Made by a program: the position numbers and the translations under genes. 64,000 nucleotides of DNA, from assembly GCA_937912225.1 (NCBI GenBank), contig CALDOJ010000036.1, positions 31,191 to 95,190 on the forward strand. The letters are read 5' to 3'. Every line of letters begins with the position of its first letter. Positions within the stretch are counted from its first letter, which is position 1. This stretch comes from Candidatus Woesearchaeota archaeon. Its GTDB lineage: Archaea; Nanobdellota; Nanobdellia; Woesearchaeales; GCA-2686295. Shown piece by piece: positions 47,041-55,514 of the stretch. The notes below the pieces were generated by a model, which saw nothing but the letters and a program-made list of their open reading frames with translations, did no database searches and was not told the origin of the DNA.

Positions 47041-48156
47041 ATGGATAAAACAATAATTACTCCTTGGGAAGTTAAAGGTAATGTTGATTATAATAAATTA
47101 ATAAGTGAATTTGGAGTTTCTAAAATTGATGAATCCTTAATGAAACAAATAGAAAAGCATGCAGGTGAAATTCATCATTTTCTTAGAAGAAATATTTTTT
47201 TTGCTCATAGAGATTTAAAGTTCTTTTTTGATGAATACGAGAAAGGTAATGCTTTTATGTACACTGGTTGTGGACCTTCAGGACCAATTCATATGGGACA
47301 TGCAACTGTTTGGATGTTTACTAAATGGCTTCAAGATAAACTAGGACTTGATCTTTGGTTTCAATTCACAGATGATGAAAAATTTCTTTTTAAAGATAAA
47401 TCAATGGATGAAATACAAAAATGGCTTTATGAAAATATGTTAGATGTTATTGCTTTAGGTTTTGATCCAAAAAAAACTCATTTTCTAATTGATACAAAAC
47501 ATGCAGGAATAATGTATCCTGAAGCAATCAAAGTTGCTAAAAAGATTACTTTTTCAACTGTAAAATCTGCATTTGGGTTTACTAACGAAAATAATCTTGG
47601 AACTATATTTTTTACTTCAATGCAAGCAGTTCCAGCATTTTTACCTAATATAATTGCGGGTAAAAAAATGGCTTGTTTAATCCCTCATGCAATAGACCAA
47701 GACCCACATTTTAGAGTTACAAGAGATGTCCTTCCAAAATTAGGACATTACAAACCAGCTTCTATTCAATCAATGTTTCTTCCGGGTTTAGGAGGTATGA
47801 AAGAAGATGGAAAACTTTCTTCTTCTACTGGTGAAGCGATTTATTTAACAGATGATAAAAAAACTGTTCGGAAAAAAATAATGAAATATGCTTTCTCTGG
47901 TGGTCAAGCAACACTTGAAGAACATAGAAAAAAAGGAGGTAACCCTGATATTGATGTTAGTTACCAATGGCTTCGATTCTTCGAAGAAGATGATAATAAA
48001 TTAAAAAAGATTTATGAAGATTATAAATCTGGAAAATTATTATCTGGAGAACTTAAACAAATTCTTGTTGATAAAATAAATGCTTTCTTAAAACAACATC
48101 AGAAGAATCGAGAAAAAGCTAAAGACAAACTCGATCAATTTATCTTTAAACAATAA
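47041..48156 (+). CDS. trpS: Tryptophanyl-tRNA synthetase, archaeal/eukaryal type
   Basis: GCGPSGPIHMGH (HIGH-type), KLSSS (KMSKS-type), overall length 371 aa. Confidence 0.9.
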   Translation: MDKTIITPWEVKGNVDYNKLISEFGVSKIDESLMKQIEKHAGEIHHFLRRNIFFAHRDLKFFFDEYEKGNAFMYTGCGPSGPIHMGHATVWMFTKWLQDKLGLDLWFQFTDDEKFLFKDKSMDEIQKWLYENMLDVIALGFDPKKTHFLIDTKHAGIMYPEAIKVAKKITFSTVKSAFGFTNENNLGTIFFTSMQAVPAFLPNIIAGKKMACLIPHAIDQDPHFRVTRDVLPKLGHYKPASIQSMFLPGLGGMKEDGKLSSSTGEAIYLTDDKKTVRKKIMKYAFSGGQATLEEHRKKGGNPDIDVSYQWLRFFEEDDNKLKKIYEDYKSGKLLSGELKQILVDKINAFLKQHQKNREKAKDKLDQFIFKQ

Positions 48157-48222
48157 TTTAAAGAAAAATATTTAAACATCCTAGCTTATAGTCTATAATA
48201 ATTTCATAAAAGAGGTGAAAAA

Positions 48223-48453
48223 ATGTTTAAAGTTGCTCCTTTACCTAGTAATTTCATGCTTGTTTCAATGCTTGGATTTATTTTTAGTGCTTATTTCTTA
48301 GATAACCCTGGTCTTAAAAGTTGGGCTTTTACTTTTATGTTGGTATTTGCAGTTATGTTTATTGCATCTATGATTAGTATGAGTAAAGCTCCTCTTGAAG
48401 ATGAAGAAATGCTAGAAGAATTAGCTATTCACAGGAAGATTCATAAAAAATAA
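48223..48453 (+). CDS. Small membrane protein
   Basis: Two hydrophobic helices. ATG follows AGAGGTGA. Confidence 0.45.
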   Translation: MFKVAPLPSNFMLVSMLGFIFSAYFLDNPGLKSWAFTFMLVFAVMFIASMISMSKAPLEDEEMLEELAIHRKIHKK

Positions 48454-48459
48454 TTAAAA

Positions 48460-49395
48460 ATGGGATTTTTTGATGCTTATAAAAAGAAAAAATTATTAAG
48501 TGCGCTAAAGAGCGATATAGAAATTACTTTAGGAACGCACATTAAAAGTATTATGACTAAGTACGTAATAAGTGTTCATCCTGATGAGAAGTTAATTGAT
48601 GCGGCAAACATAATTGTTGGAGAAAAAGTTTCTTGTGTGGTTGTAAAAGACGAGGAAGAGCCTATTGCAGTTCTTACTGAACGTGATTTTTTAAAAAAAG
48701 CTCCTTTAAATCAAGATGAATTTGAAACATTATTAGTTAAAGATCTTATGTCTTCGTCATTAATAACTGTTGAATCTAAAACAAATGTTTTTGATGCTGT
48801 AAAAATTCTTTCTAAAAACAATTTTCGTAAATTAGTAATTAAAGATATTAATTTACAAGGAATAGTTACTCAAACAGATTTTATTAAACTAATGGACCAG
48901 TTTTATGATAAGTTAACAATTAAAACTTCTGATTTAACAACTATACAAGATGTTATGACAAAAAATGTTTTGACAATTAATTATGGTGAGAAATTTAAAA
49001 AAGCAAAAGAAATGATGGCCCAAAAAGGTGTTGGTTCAATTGTTGTGATGAAAAATAATGAAGTTGCTGGAATAACTACTGAATATAATGTTGTTGCAGA
49101 ACTCGTTAAAGATGCTGGAAGAATAAACACTTTAAAAGTTGAAGAAACCATGAGTTCTCCAGTTATTGGTATAAAACCAGAAACAAATATTTTTGACGCG
49201 AATAGAATTATGATTAAAGAAAATATTAGAAGATTGCCTGTTATGAATGGTAATAAAATGGTTGGTATTATTACTCAAACAGATTTGTGTCGAGCGATGT
49301 ATTATTTCTTGAGAATGACTTTATGGCATTTAGAAAAAAATAGTTTAGAATTTGAACCTTTAGAAAAACAAACTGAAGAAAGTATAATGGTTTAA
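48460..49395 (+). CDS. CBS-domain protein (four CBS repeats)
   Basis: Four repeats of the I/V-M-T-x-x-V...V-x-E-x-D pattern, e.g. GIVTQTDF and GIITQTDL. Confidence 0.75.
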   Translation: MGFFDAYKKKKLLSALKSDIEITLGTHIKSIMTKYVISVHPDEKLIDAANIIVGEKVSCVVVKDEEEPIAVLTERDFLKKAPLNQDEFETLLVKDLMSSSLITVESKTNVFDAVKILSKNNFRKLVIKDINLQGIVTQTDFIKLMDQFYDKLTIKTSDLTTIQDVMTKNVLTINYGEKFKKAKEMMAQKGVGSIVVMKNNEVAGITTEYNVVAELVKDAGRINTLKVEETMSSPVIGIKPETNIFDANRIMIKENIRRLPVMNGNKMVGIITQTDLCRAMYYFLRMTLWHLEKNSLEFEPLEKQTEESIMV

Positions 49396-49434
49396 TTATT
49401 ATTCTTAATGAATTCAAAAAAAGATTAAAATAAC

Positions 49435-49734
49435 TTATTTGTTTAAAGCATCAAACTTCTCTTTTGCTTTACTTTCTTTCCAGAAAACTTCATGACTCGC
49501 TCTTTTTTCAAATAAAGAAATTGCAGTATTAATTATGTCTGATTGAAAATCTTTAAGGTTTTTATCTGAAAATAATTTCTTTGCATCATCAATACATTCT
49601 TTCATTAAAACAATATTATCTTCTCGACATTTTGATTCTTCTACTCTCTCTTCTTCTTCGCTTAAAAATATTTCTTCCCATTTAGGATAAGAACTTTTAT
49701 CAATTGTTTTTGGAAAAGATTTTGAAAACCCCAT
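49435..49734 (-). CDS. Hypothetical small acidic protein
   Basis: 99-codon ORF. No family recognised. Confidence 0.35.
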   Translation of the reverse strand: MGFSKSFPKTIDKSSYPKWEEIFLSEEEERVEESKCREDNIVLMKECIDDAKKLFSDKNLKDFQSDIINTAISLFEKRASHEVFWKESKAKEKFDALNK

Positions 49735-49757
49735 AATGTTAGAGAAGAGTTGGAGAT

Positions 49758-50954
49758 TTATAAAGTTAACCCGTAATCATCCGAAAGAGCTTCGGAGTGT
49801 GAACCTTTAAAAAATTTAAATGAAACAATTAATCCTAAAAATAGTAATAATCCGTTCACAACAAACAAAACTCCAAATCCATAAATATCAACTATAAGTC
49901 CGCTAAAAATATAGCTTAAAAAACCACCAATTTTTGCTAATGACATGTATGAACAAACAACTTCTGCTTCTTTATTTAACCGTTCACCAATATCTGACAT
50001 TAAAGTCCATGCAGATACATTCCAAATTGAAGACCCTATTCCTAAGAAAAAAAGTATTACTAATAATATTGTATAGTTTGATGCAAATGCTAATAATAGT
50101 AATGAAAAACTATAAATTAAAATTCCTACAAACATAACTTTTGACCTGCCAAATTTATCTGCTAAATGACCAAAATAGAATTGAAATAAATGTGCTATTC
50201 CAATAAAAAATATTGCTACTCCAATAAAACTATAACCTAAATTTAATTTTTCAATAATAAATAATGGTAAAAAAACTTTAATTGCAGGTTGACTTGCATG
50301 TGCAACAAAGCCAAGTATCGCCATTCCTCTTAATGGTCTGATTGATAAAAAATTCTTTAAACTATCTAAGAAATTAAAATCATTTTTGTGAATCTTTTTC
50401 CTTAATTTTGGATTTCTAAAAACAAGTATAAAGCTTAATAGAATTAAAAGAAATGCTGTTAATAAGAATGGTGCTTTAACAAATAATTTATCGGCTAGAA
50501 CTCCGCCAAGAACTGGTGCAATAATTGCACCGATGTATTGTATGCTAAGACTAATTCCAGAATATTTTCCTCTATCTTTATCTGAAAGATGATCTTCAAC
50601 TTTAGCTAATGCAATTAAAGTTACGATAGTTATTGCAAGTGCATCAAGAATTCTTGCAAATGCAATCAAAGACCATGAAGTTCCTGAAAGATAAATTATT
50701 ATTGCAAGAAGCTGTATCATTAAACCAAATATTATTATTCTAAGCTTTCCAATATCATCTGCTAATTTTCCAAAAATTGGTGAAAAGAAAATTATTGCAA
50801 GCGGCATAACTGAGAATATTAATCCTAATTGAAAATTATCAAAACCTAAACTCTTAATATAAGGAGCTAAAACCGGTTCTATAAGAAAAATTGCGAAAGT
50901 AAAAAATACACTTATGCCTGTAGCTTTTATATATTCTCTAAAGTGCAATTTCAA
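49758..50954 (-). CDS. MFS transporter
   Basis: About 12 TM segments. GKLADDIGKLR and GHLADKFGRSK loop motifs are typical of MFS. Confidence 0.75.
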   Translation of the reverse strand: MKLHFREYIKATGISVFFTFAIFLIEPVLAPYIKSLGFDNFQLGLIFSVMPLAIIFFSPIFGKLADDIGKLRIIIFGLMIQLLAIIIYLSGTSWSLIAFARILDALAITIVTLIALAKVEDHLSDKDRGKYSGISLSIQYIGAIIAPVLGGVLADKLFVKAPFLLTAFLLILLSFILVFRNPKLRKKIHKNDFNFLDSLKNFLSIRPLRGMAILGFVAHASQPAIKVFLPLFIIEKLNLGYSFIGVAIFFIGIAHLFQFYFGHLADKFGRSKVMFVGILIYSFSLLLLAFASNYTILLVILFFLGIGSSIWNVSAWTLMSDIGERLNKEAEVVCSYMSLAKIGGFLSYIFSGLIVDIYGFGVLFVVNGLLLFLGLIVSFKFFKGSHSEALSDDYGLTL

Positions 50955-50960
50955 ACCTCT

Positions 50961-52277
50961 TTATTCGAAAATTTTCTCTTTTTTATGTAGAGCAGATGGA
51001 GCTTCTCCTCCATGCCAAGTAAATCTTGGCCTGATTCTTATAGGATACATCTTCTCGTTAGTATCATCAAATATAATTGCAGAACCTTTTTCTCTAGGAA
51101 GATCATTTAATTGAGTTACTAAACCTTCACGCATATAAGACTGCATCAACATACCAAGTGCTTCAGTATCAAGCTTTGCAGTAATTCTATGAGCAATAAC
51201 AGTATCTGACTGAGTCATAACATCAGTATGAATTTTTCCTGGTTGCTGTGTTGCAAGAATTAAAGAAATTCCTGGTTGTCTTCCTTCTCTAAGAATTGTT
51301 ACAAGAGGGTCTGTTGCAGTAGTTTTTCCTTCTAATGGTAAAAATTCATGAGCTTCATCAATAACAAGCCATACAAGAGGAGATTCTTGTTTCTTAATTG
51401 CTTCATCTCCAAAGTAATTTACTGATTTATGAATGTCATGATACTCTTCTGATTTTCTAGCAACCATTCTTTCAATAAAAAGTTTTTGAGCAACTAAACC
51501 AATAACTAAATTCTTTATATTCCAAGAACCAGGCATTGTTGCATAACAAGATACATCTAAAACAGTTACTTGTCCACCTTTTGCTAAGTCACTAAGCGAA
51601 GTTCCTTCTTCATCAAAAACACCCCAATTATTTGCGTTCAAAAATTGATTTTTGGCAGCATTCTTTACTGAAGTATCAGCATCTTTGTTTTGCTTAATTG
51701 CAGAAAGTATATCTTTCATACTAAAGTCATCATTGTTTTCTTTTAAGTCGTGAATAACTGATTCAATTAATACACCAACTGGTTCGTGAGGACTAATTCC
51801 AAACGAGATGTTCCAATCTTCAGCATTTAATTCTGAAGGTTTTATTGAGAAAGGATGATCGGTTGGGATACCTTCATCTTTATATTTTTGATAGTAACCA
51901 ACAGGAGTGTATATTTGAACATCTAAACCTTTACCTTCTAGTTTCCATTCATCCAACAAATCTTTATCTTTCTTATTAGGATATTTCATAGTCCAATAAA
52001 TACCCATGGTATCAAGCATGATAACAGATATATTTTGTTTAATGTCTTTTGGCAAATTAGCCATACCTTCTGCAATAACACCCATAGTGTAAGATTTTCC
52101 GGATCCTCTCTTACCACATACAAAAATAACGTGTGAACGAACCATATCTAAAAAAACTTGATTAGAAAGAGAGGTAGTTCGACCCATCTTAACATAATGT
52201 TTTGCTAACAAAATAGTTCCTTCTGTTCCAAACTTTCTTTTGTCAGATTCACTTCGACCAACAACTATATCATACAT
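50961..52277 (-). CDS. HerA-like (DUF87-type) P-loop ATPase
   Basis: Walker A GKRGSGKSYT, Walker B WLVIDEAHEF, LILATQQP. A promoter-like AAATATTTATATT lies 22 nt upstream of the ATG. Confidence 0.75.
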   Translation of the reverse strand: MYDIVVGRSESDKRKFGTEGTILLAKHYVKMGRTTSLSNQVFLDMVRSHVIFVCGKRGSGKSYTMGVIAEGMANLPKDIKQNISVIMLDTMGIYWTMKYPNKKDKDLLDEWKLEGKGLDVQIYTPVGYYQKYKDEGIPTDHPFSIKPSELNAEDWNISFGISPHEPVGVLIESVIHDLKENNDDFSMKDILSAIKQNKDADTSVKNAAKNQFLNANNWGVFDEEGTSLSDLAKGGQVTVLDVSCYATMPGSWNIKNLVIGLVAQKLFIERMVARKSEEYHDIHKSVNYFGDEAIKKQESPLVWLVIDEAHEFLPLEGKTTATDPLVTILREGRQPGISLILATQQPGKIHTDVMTQSDTVIAHRITAKLDTEALGMLMQSYMREGLVTQLNDLPREKGSAIIFDDTNEKMYPIRIRPRFTWHGGEAPSALHKKEKIFE

Positions 52278-52334
52278 ATAGCTTATTTAGTAGAGAACTA
52301 ATATAAATATTTATTCTAATTGGATAGTAGAGTC

Positions 52335-52796
52335 TTACTCGCCAAGAATATTGATTGCAACATGCCTTTTACTTTTCAAAGGTCTAGGACAAGGACCATC
52401 AAATTCTGCAAAGATAATTCTTTGATATTTTCCAAGGTCAAGTTTTCCTTCATATAAAGAAATTGTTTCACTGTTTCTAGAATAAAGAGCTGCTTTAATA
52501 TGACTATGAGCATTAGGTGGTTCATCTTCAGGACAATTTCTTTTACTAACATCATTATGAAGATAATCCTTATGACTTGGAGCAACTTCATTCAAATAAT
52601 ACTCTAAATCTTTCAAAAGTCTTTCTTCATATTCATTAACCATTATGCCAGTTGTAGTGTGCATTGCTTGAACTAAAACTTGACCATTTTCTTTTCCAGA
52701 CTTTTTAATTTCTTCAAGAACTAAATCAGTAATATCTGTTAATTGTGTGTGATGTTCAGTTTCTAATTTTAAAATTGTTCTATACATATCAAACAT
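52335..52796 (-). CDS. YjbQ/UPF0047 family (secondary thiamine-phosphate synthase-like)
   Basis: HTTTGIMVNEYE, NAHSHIKAAL, GKYQRIIFAEFDG. Confidence 0.7.
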   Translation of the reverse strand: MFDMYRTILKLETEHHTQLTDITDLVLEEIKKSGKENGQVLVQAMHTTTGIMVNEYEERLLKDLEYYLNEVAPSHKDYLHNDVSKRNCPEDEPPNAHSHIKAALYSRNSETISLYEGKLDLGKYQRIIFAEFDGPCPRPLKSKRHVAINILGE

Positions 52797-52820
52797 TTTG
52801 CTTTAAAAAAATAAAAGTTA

Positions 52821-52845
52821 TTTATATAACTTTGTAAAAGCAAAA
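52821..52845. promoter_or_regulatory. Promoter-module repeat copy A
   Basis: TTTATATAACTTTGTAAAAGCAAAA, identical to 53493-53517. Confidence 0.45.
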
Positions 52846-52863
52846 AAATGTTAATTTTGTTGA

Positions 52864-53448
52864 TTATAATTTAATCAAAAATAATATTCCTATTAAAGCA
52901 ATAAATAAACCACAAACTCTAAGTGTTTTATTCAAAGCATTCTTCTTAGTGAACCAATAACCAAAATATAGTCCTGAAAGATGAATTATTATTGTTGTTA
53001 GAATAAATCCAACAACATACAAATAAGGACTTGCAATTTGAGGAACTTCCATTCCATGTGCATAACCGTGAAATATTCCAAAAAATGCAATAAAGAGACT
53101 TGTTATTATTATTGATAATTTTTTTTCTGAAAAAATAGCTATTCCTAAAATGATAACTGAAATTGCAATTCCTAATTCAACTCCAATAAAAGGAATAAAA
53201 TTTAAGCCCATAACTCCTCCAACAATCATAAATAATACAAAAATTAAAGGAACACTCCATAAAGCATAGCCACCTATTTGAGCACTTATTATTCCTACAC
53301 TAAGCATTGCCAACAAATGATCTGATCCGAAAATTGGATGGGTTAAACCTGCAATTAATCCACCCATACCATGACCTTGATGTCCTAAAACAAATTTACT
53401 AAATAAAGGAATATTAAGAAAAAAAATTAATATTTTTTTAAAATTCAT
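52864..53448 (-). CDS. hupE: HupE/UreJ family membrane protein
   Basis: GHQGHGMGGLIAGLTHPIFGSDHLLAMLSVG. Six hydrophobic segments. Confidence 0.75.
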   Translation of the reverse strand: MNFKKILIFFLNIPLFSKFVLGHQGHGMGGLIAGLTHPIFGSDHLLAMLSVGIISAQIGGYALWSVPLIFVLFMIVGGVMGLNFIPFIGVELGIAISVIILGIAIFSEKKLSIIITSLFIAFFGIFHGYAHGMEVPQIASPYLYVVGFILTTIIIHLSGLYFGYWFTKKNALNKTLRVCGLFIALIGILFLIKL

Positions 53449-53492
53449 ATTTAATCACAATAATAAGTTTTTAGCAGAAAAATAAAAATTTC

Positions 53493-53517
53493 TTTATATA
53501 ACTTTGTAAAAGCAAAA
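53493..53517. promoter_or_regulatory. Promoter-module repeat copy B
   Basis: TTTATATAACTTTGTAAAAGCAAAA. Lies about 65-90 nt upstream of the foldase gene. Confidence 0.45.
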
Positions 53518-53583
53518 CTTTAAATAAATAATTTCACTCATCATGACAAAAAGGGTGTGAAGAAATTATACTAGGTGATAATA

Positions 53584-55053
53584 GTGGCCAAAAAAAGAAT
53601 TAAGAAGACTACCCAAAAGACTTCTAAAAAATCATTAAAAGTTCCAAAACCTAAAAAAAGTTATACATGGATGATGCCTGTTTTAGGTGTAATAATAATC
53701 GCAGCAGTTTTATTTTTCAACAGAGGACACTTTGATGAAAAAGTAATAACTGGAGAAGGAAAAATTGTTGGTTATTTGAACAACAACGCAATATATCAAT
53801 CAGAAGTTCAAGCACAGTTTGAATTACTTCCACCAGAATTAAGTGGTTTAATGGATGAGAAAACTTTGTTAAGTCAAATGATTGATGAAAAAATCTTACT
53901 ATCTAAATCTGAAGAACTTGGATTAACTGCTAGCTCAGAAGAAGTTGAAGCTGAAATTAATAATATCTTAGCTCAAAACGGATTAACTGCTGAGCAATTA
54001 GATCAAAACTTACAAGCTCAAGGAGTTTCATTAAAAATATTAAAAGAAATGTTTGGAAAACAAATCTCAATTAATAAATTATTAACTCAAGAAGCATTTT
54101 CAAGAATTAAAATTAGTGAAGCAGACCTTCAAATGTTCTACGCTGCAAATCTTGACCAGTTTCAAACTGGAGAACAAGTTAAAGCAAGACATATTCTAGT
54201 TCAATATGGTGATATGAGCGAAGAAGAAACTTTATTGGCTATGAATGCGATTGAAAAATTATTAACAGAAGATGATTCAAACTTTTGTGAATTAGTAACT
54301 GAATATTCTGAAGATCCTGGAAGTATTTCTACATGCGGAGAATACACTTTCCCTAGAGGAATGATGGTCAAAGAATTTGAAGAAGCAGCATTTACTCAGG
54401 AAGTTGGTGAAAAAACAGTTGTTAAGACTCAATTTGGATATCATTTAGTTCAAACTTTAGAAAAACTTTCTGCAGAAACAGTTCCATTAGAAGCTGCTTC
54501 AGAACAAATAAGAGAAATCTTAGTAGTTCAAGAACAACAAACTGTTTTCGCATTATATGTTGAAGAATTAAAAGCAGAAAATGAAATCGTAAACTGTTAT
54601 GCAACTCCTGAAGTAGACTTGTGTATTGAAGAAGAAACTCAAGTTGAAGACTTGGATGAAGTTGAAGAAGAAGTAGAAGAAGATGAAACTATTGTTAATG
54701 AAATCGAGTTAGAAGATGAAACTATTGAAGTTGAAACAACTATTGAAATTTCAGGAGAAACAAAAACAGATTCAACTATGGATTTATTTGCCAAATGTTT
54801 AACTGAGAAAAATACTAAATTATACGGAACTTTCTGGAGTAGTCAAAGCACAACTCAGAAAGAAATGTTTGGAGATTCACTTCAATATTTAAATTATGTC
54901 GAATGTTCAATCGAAGGTAATACTAGAGATCAAACTGATACTTGTAGAGATGCAAATATTTCCGGTTATCCTACTTGGGAGATTAATGGTAGAAAATATC
55001 CAGGACCTCAAACATTAGAAAAAATTGCTCAATTAAGTGGATGCACGCTATAA
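53584..55053 (+). CDS. Membrane-anchored SurA/PrsA-like parvulin PPIase fused to a thioredoxin-like domain lacking CxxC
   Basis: TM YTWMMPVLGVIIIAAVLFF. Parvulin VKARHILV...FGYHLVQ. Acidic linker. C-terminal LYGTFWSSQSTTQKEMFG...YVEC...GYPTWEINGRKY...LSGC. GTG 53584 follows AGGTGAT. Confidence 0.7.
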   Translation: MAKKRIKKTTQKTSKKSLKVPKPKKSYTWMMPVLGVIIIAAVLFFNRGHFDEKVITGEGKIVGYLNNNAIYQSEVQAQFELLPPELSGLMDEKTLLSQMIDEKILLSKSEELGLTASSEEVEAEINNILAQNGLTAEQLDQNLQAQGVSLKILKEMFGKQISINKLLTQEAFSRIKISEADLQMFYAANLDQFQTGEQVKARHILVQYGDMSEEETLLAMNAIEKLLTEDDSNFCELVTEYSEDPGSISTCGEYTFPRGMMVKEFEEAAFTQEVGEKTVVKTQFGYHLVQTLEKLSAETVPLEAASEQIREILVVQEQQTVFALYVEELKAENEIVNCYATPEVDLCIEEETQVEDLDEVEEEVEEDETIVNEIELEDETIEVETTIEISGETKTDSTMDLFAKCLTEKNTKLYGTFWSSQSTTQKEMFGDSLQYLNYVECSIEGNTRDQTDTCRDANISGYPTWEINGRKYPGPQTLEKIAQLSGCTL

Positions 55054-55105
55054 GCGATATGTTTATAAAGTATATAACATTCACAATAGTTACTTTATGT
55101 GAAAT

Positions 55106-55262
55106 GGTCCTTTTTTGAGGGAAGCATTATGCTTTGCTATGAGATCAAGACACTCTTACATAAACCAGCCCGACACAGAGAGTAACTTAACGGAGCACGA
55201 CATTAGTCAAGCAATGAGTTTGAGCGTTGGTGCCTCGGGCAACATAACTTTTCAAGTTATGA
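55106..55262. ncRNA. Candidate structured RNA of unknown class (GC-rich island in a 460-nt gap)
   Basis: 55161-55240 is 41/80 GC by hand count against a ~30% background. Long-range complement GCCCGA (55168-55173)/TCGGGC (55235-55240). Local hairpin GAAGC-ATTAT-GCTTT. No convincing ORF. Confidence 0.3.
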
Positions 55263-55514
55263 AAAAAAACAATAATGTTCATTAATCATAGAACAAGTTC
55301 ACTATCATTCATTTATCACACAGTACCAAAGTATTTTGAATAGTAAAAAACTTGTTCTAAGAAAAAGTATAACTTATCATAATTATTTCATTTAAAATTA
55401 GTAAATAATCAGAGATTACCAATAGAGATAACAAAGACGATAAAACAACAAAAAGTTGTACTTTTTCTAAAAAAAAGCTTAGTGAATTATAAATTTAAAA
55501 GGAGGTCATTAAAA

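Noticed and set aside
55106-55262. Assigning the GC-rich island to 5S rRNA or SRP RNA
   Set aside because: On the minus strand CCGUUAAGUUAC loosely recalls the 5S GAAGUUAAGC region, and on the plus strand CGGAGCA recalls SRP helix 8. However, the spacing and required partner strands (a GNAR-capped stem, 5S helix I) are not present. I left it as unknown class.
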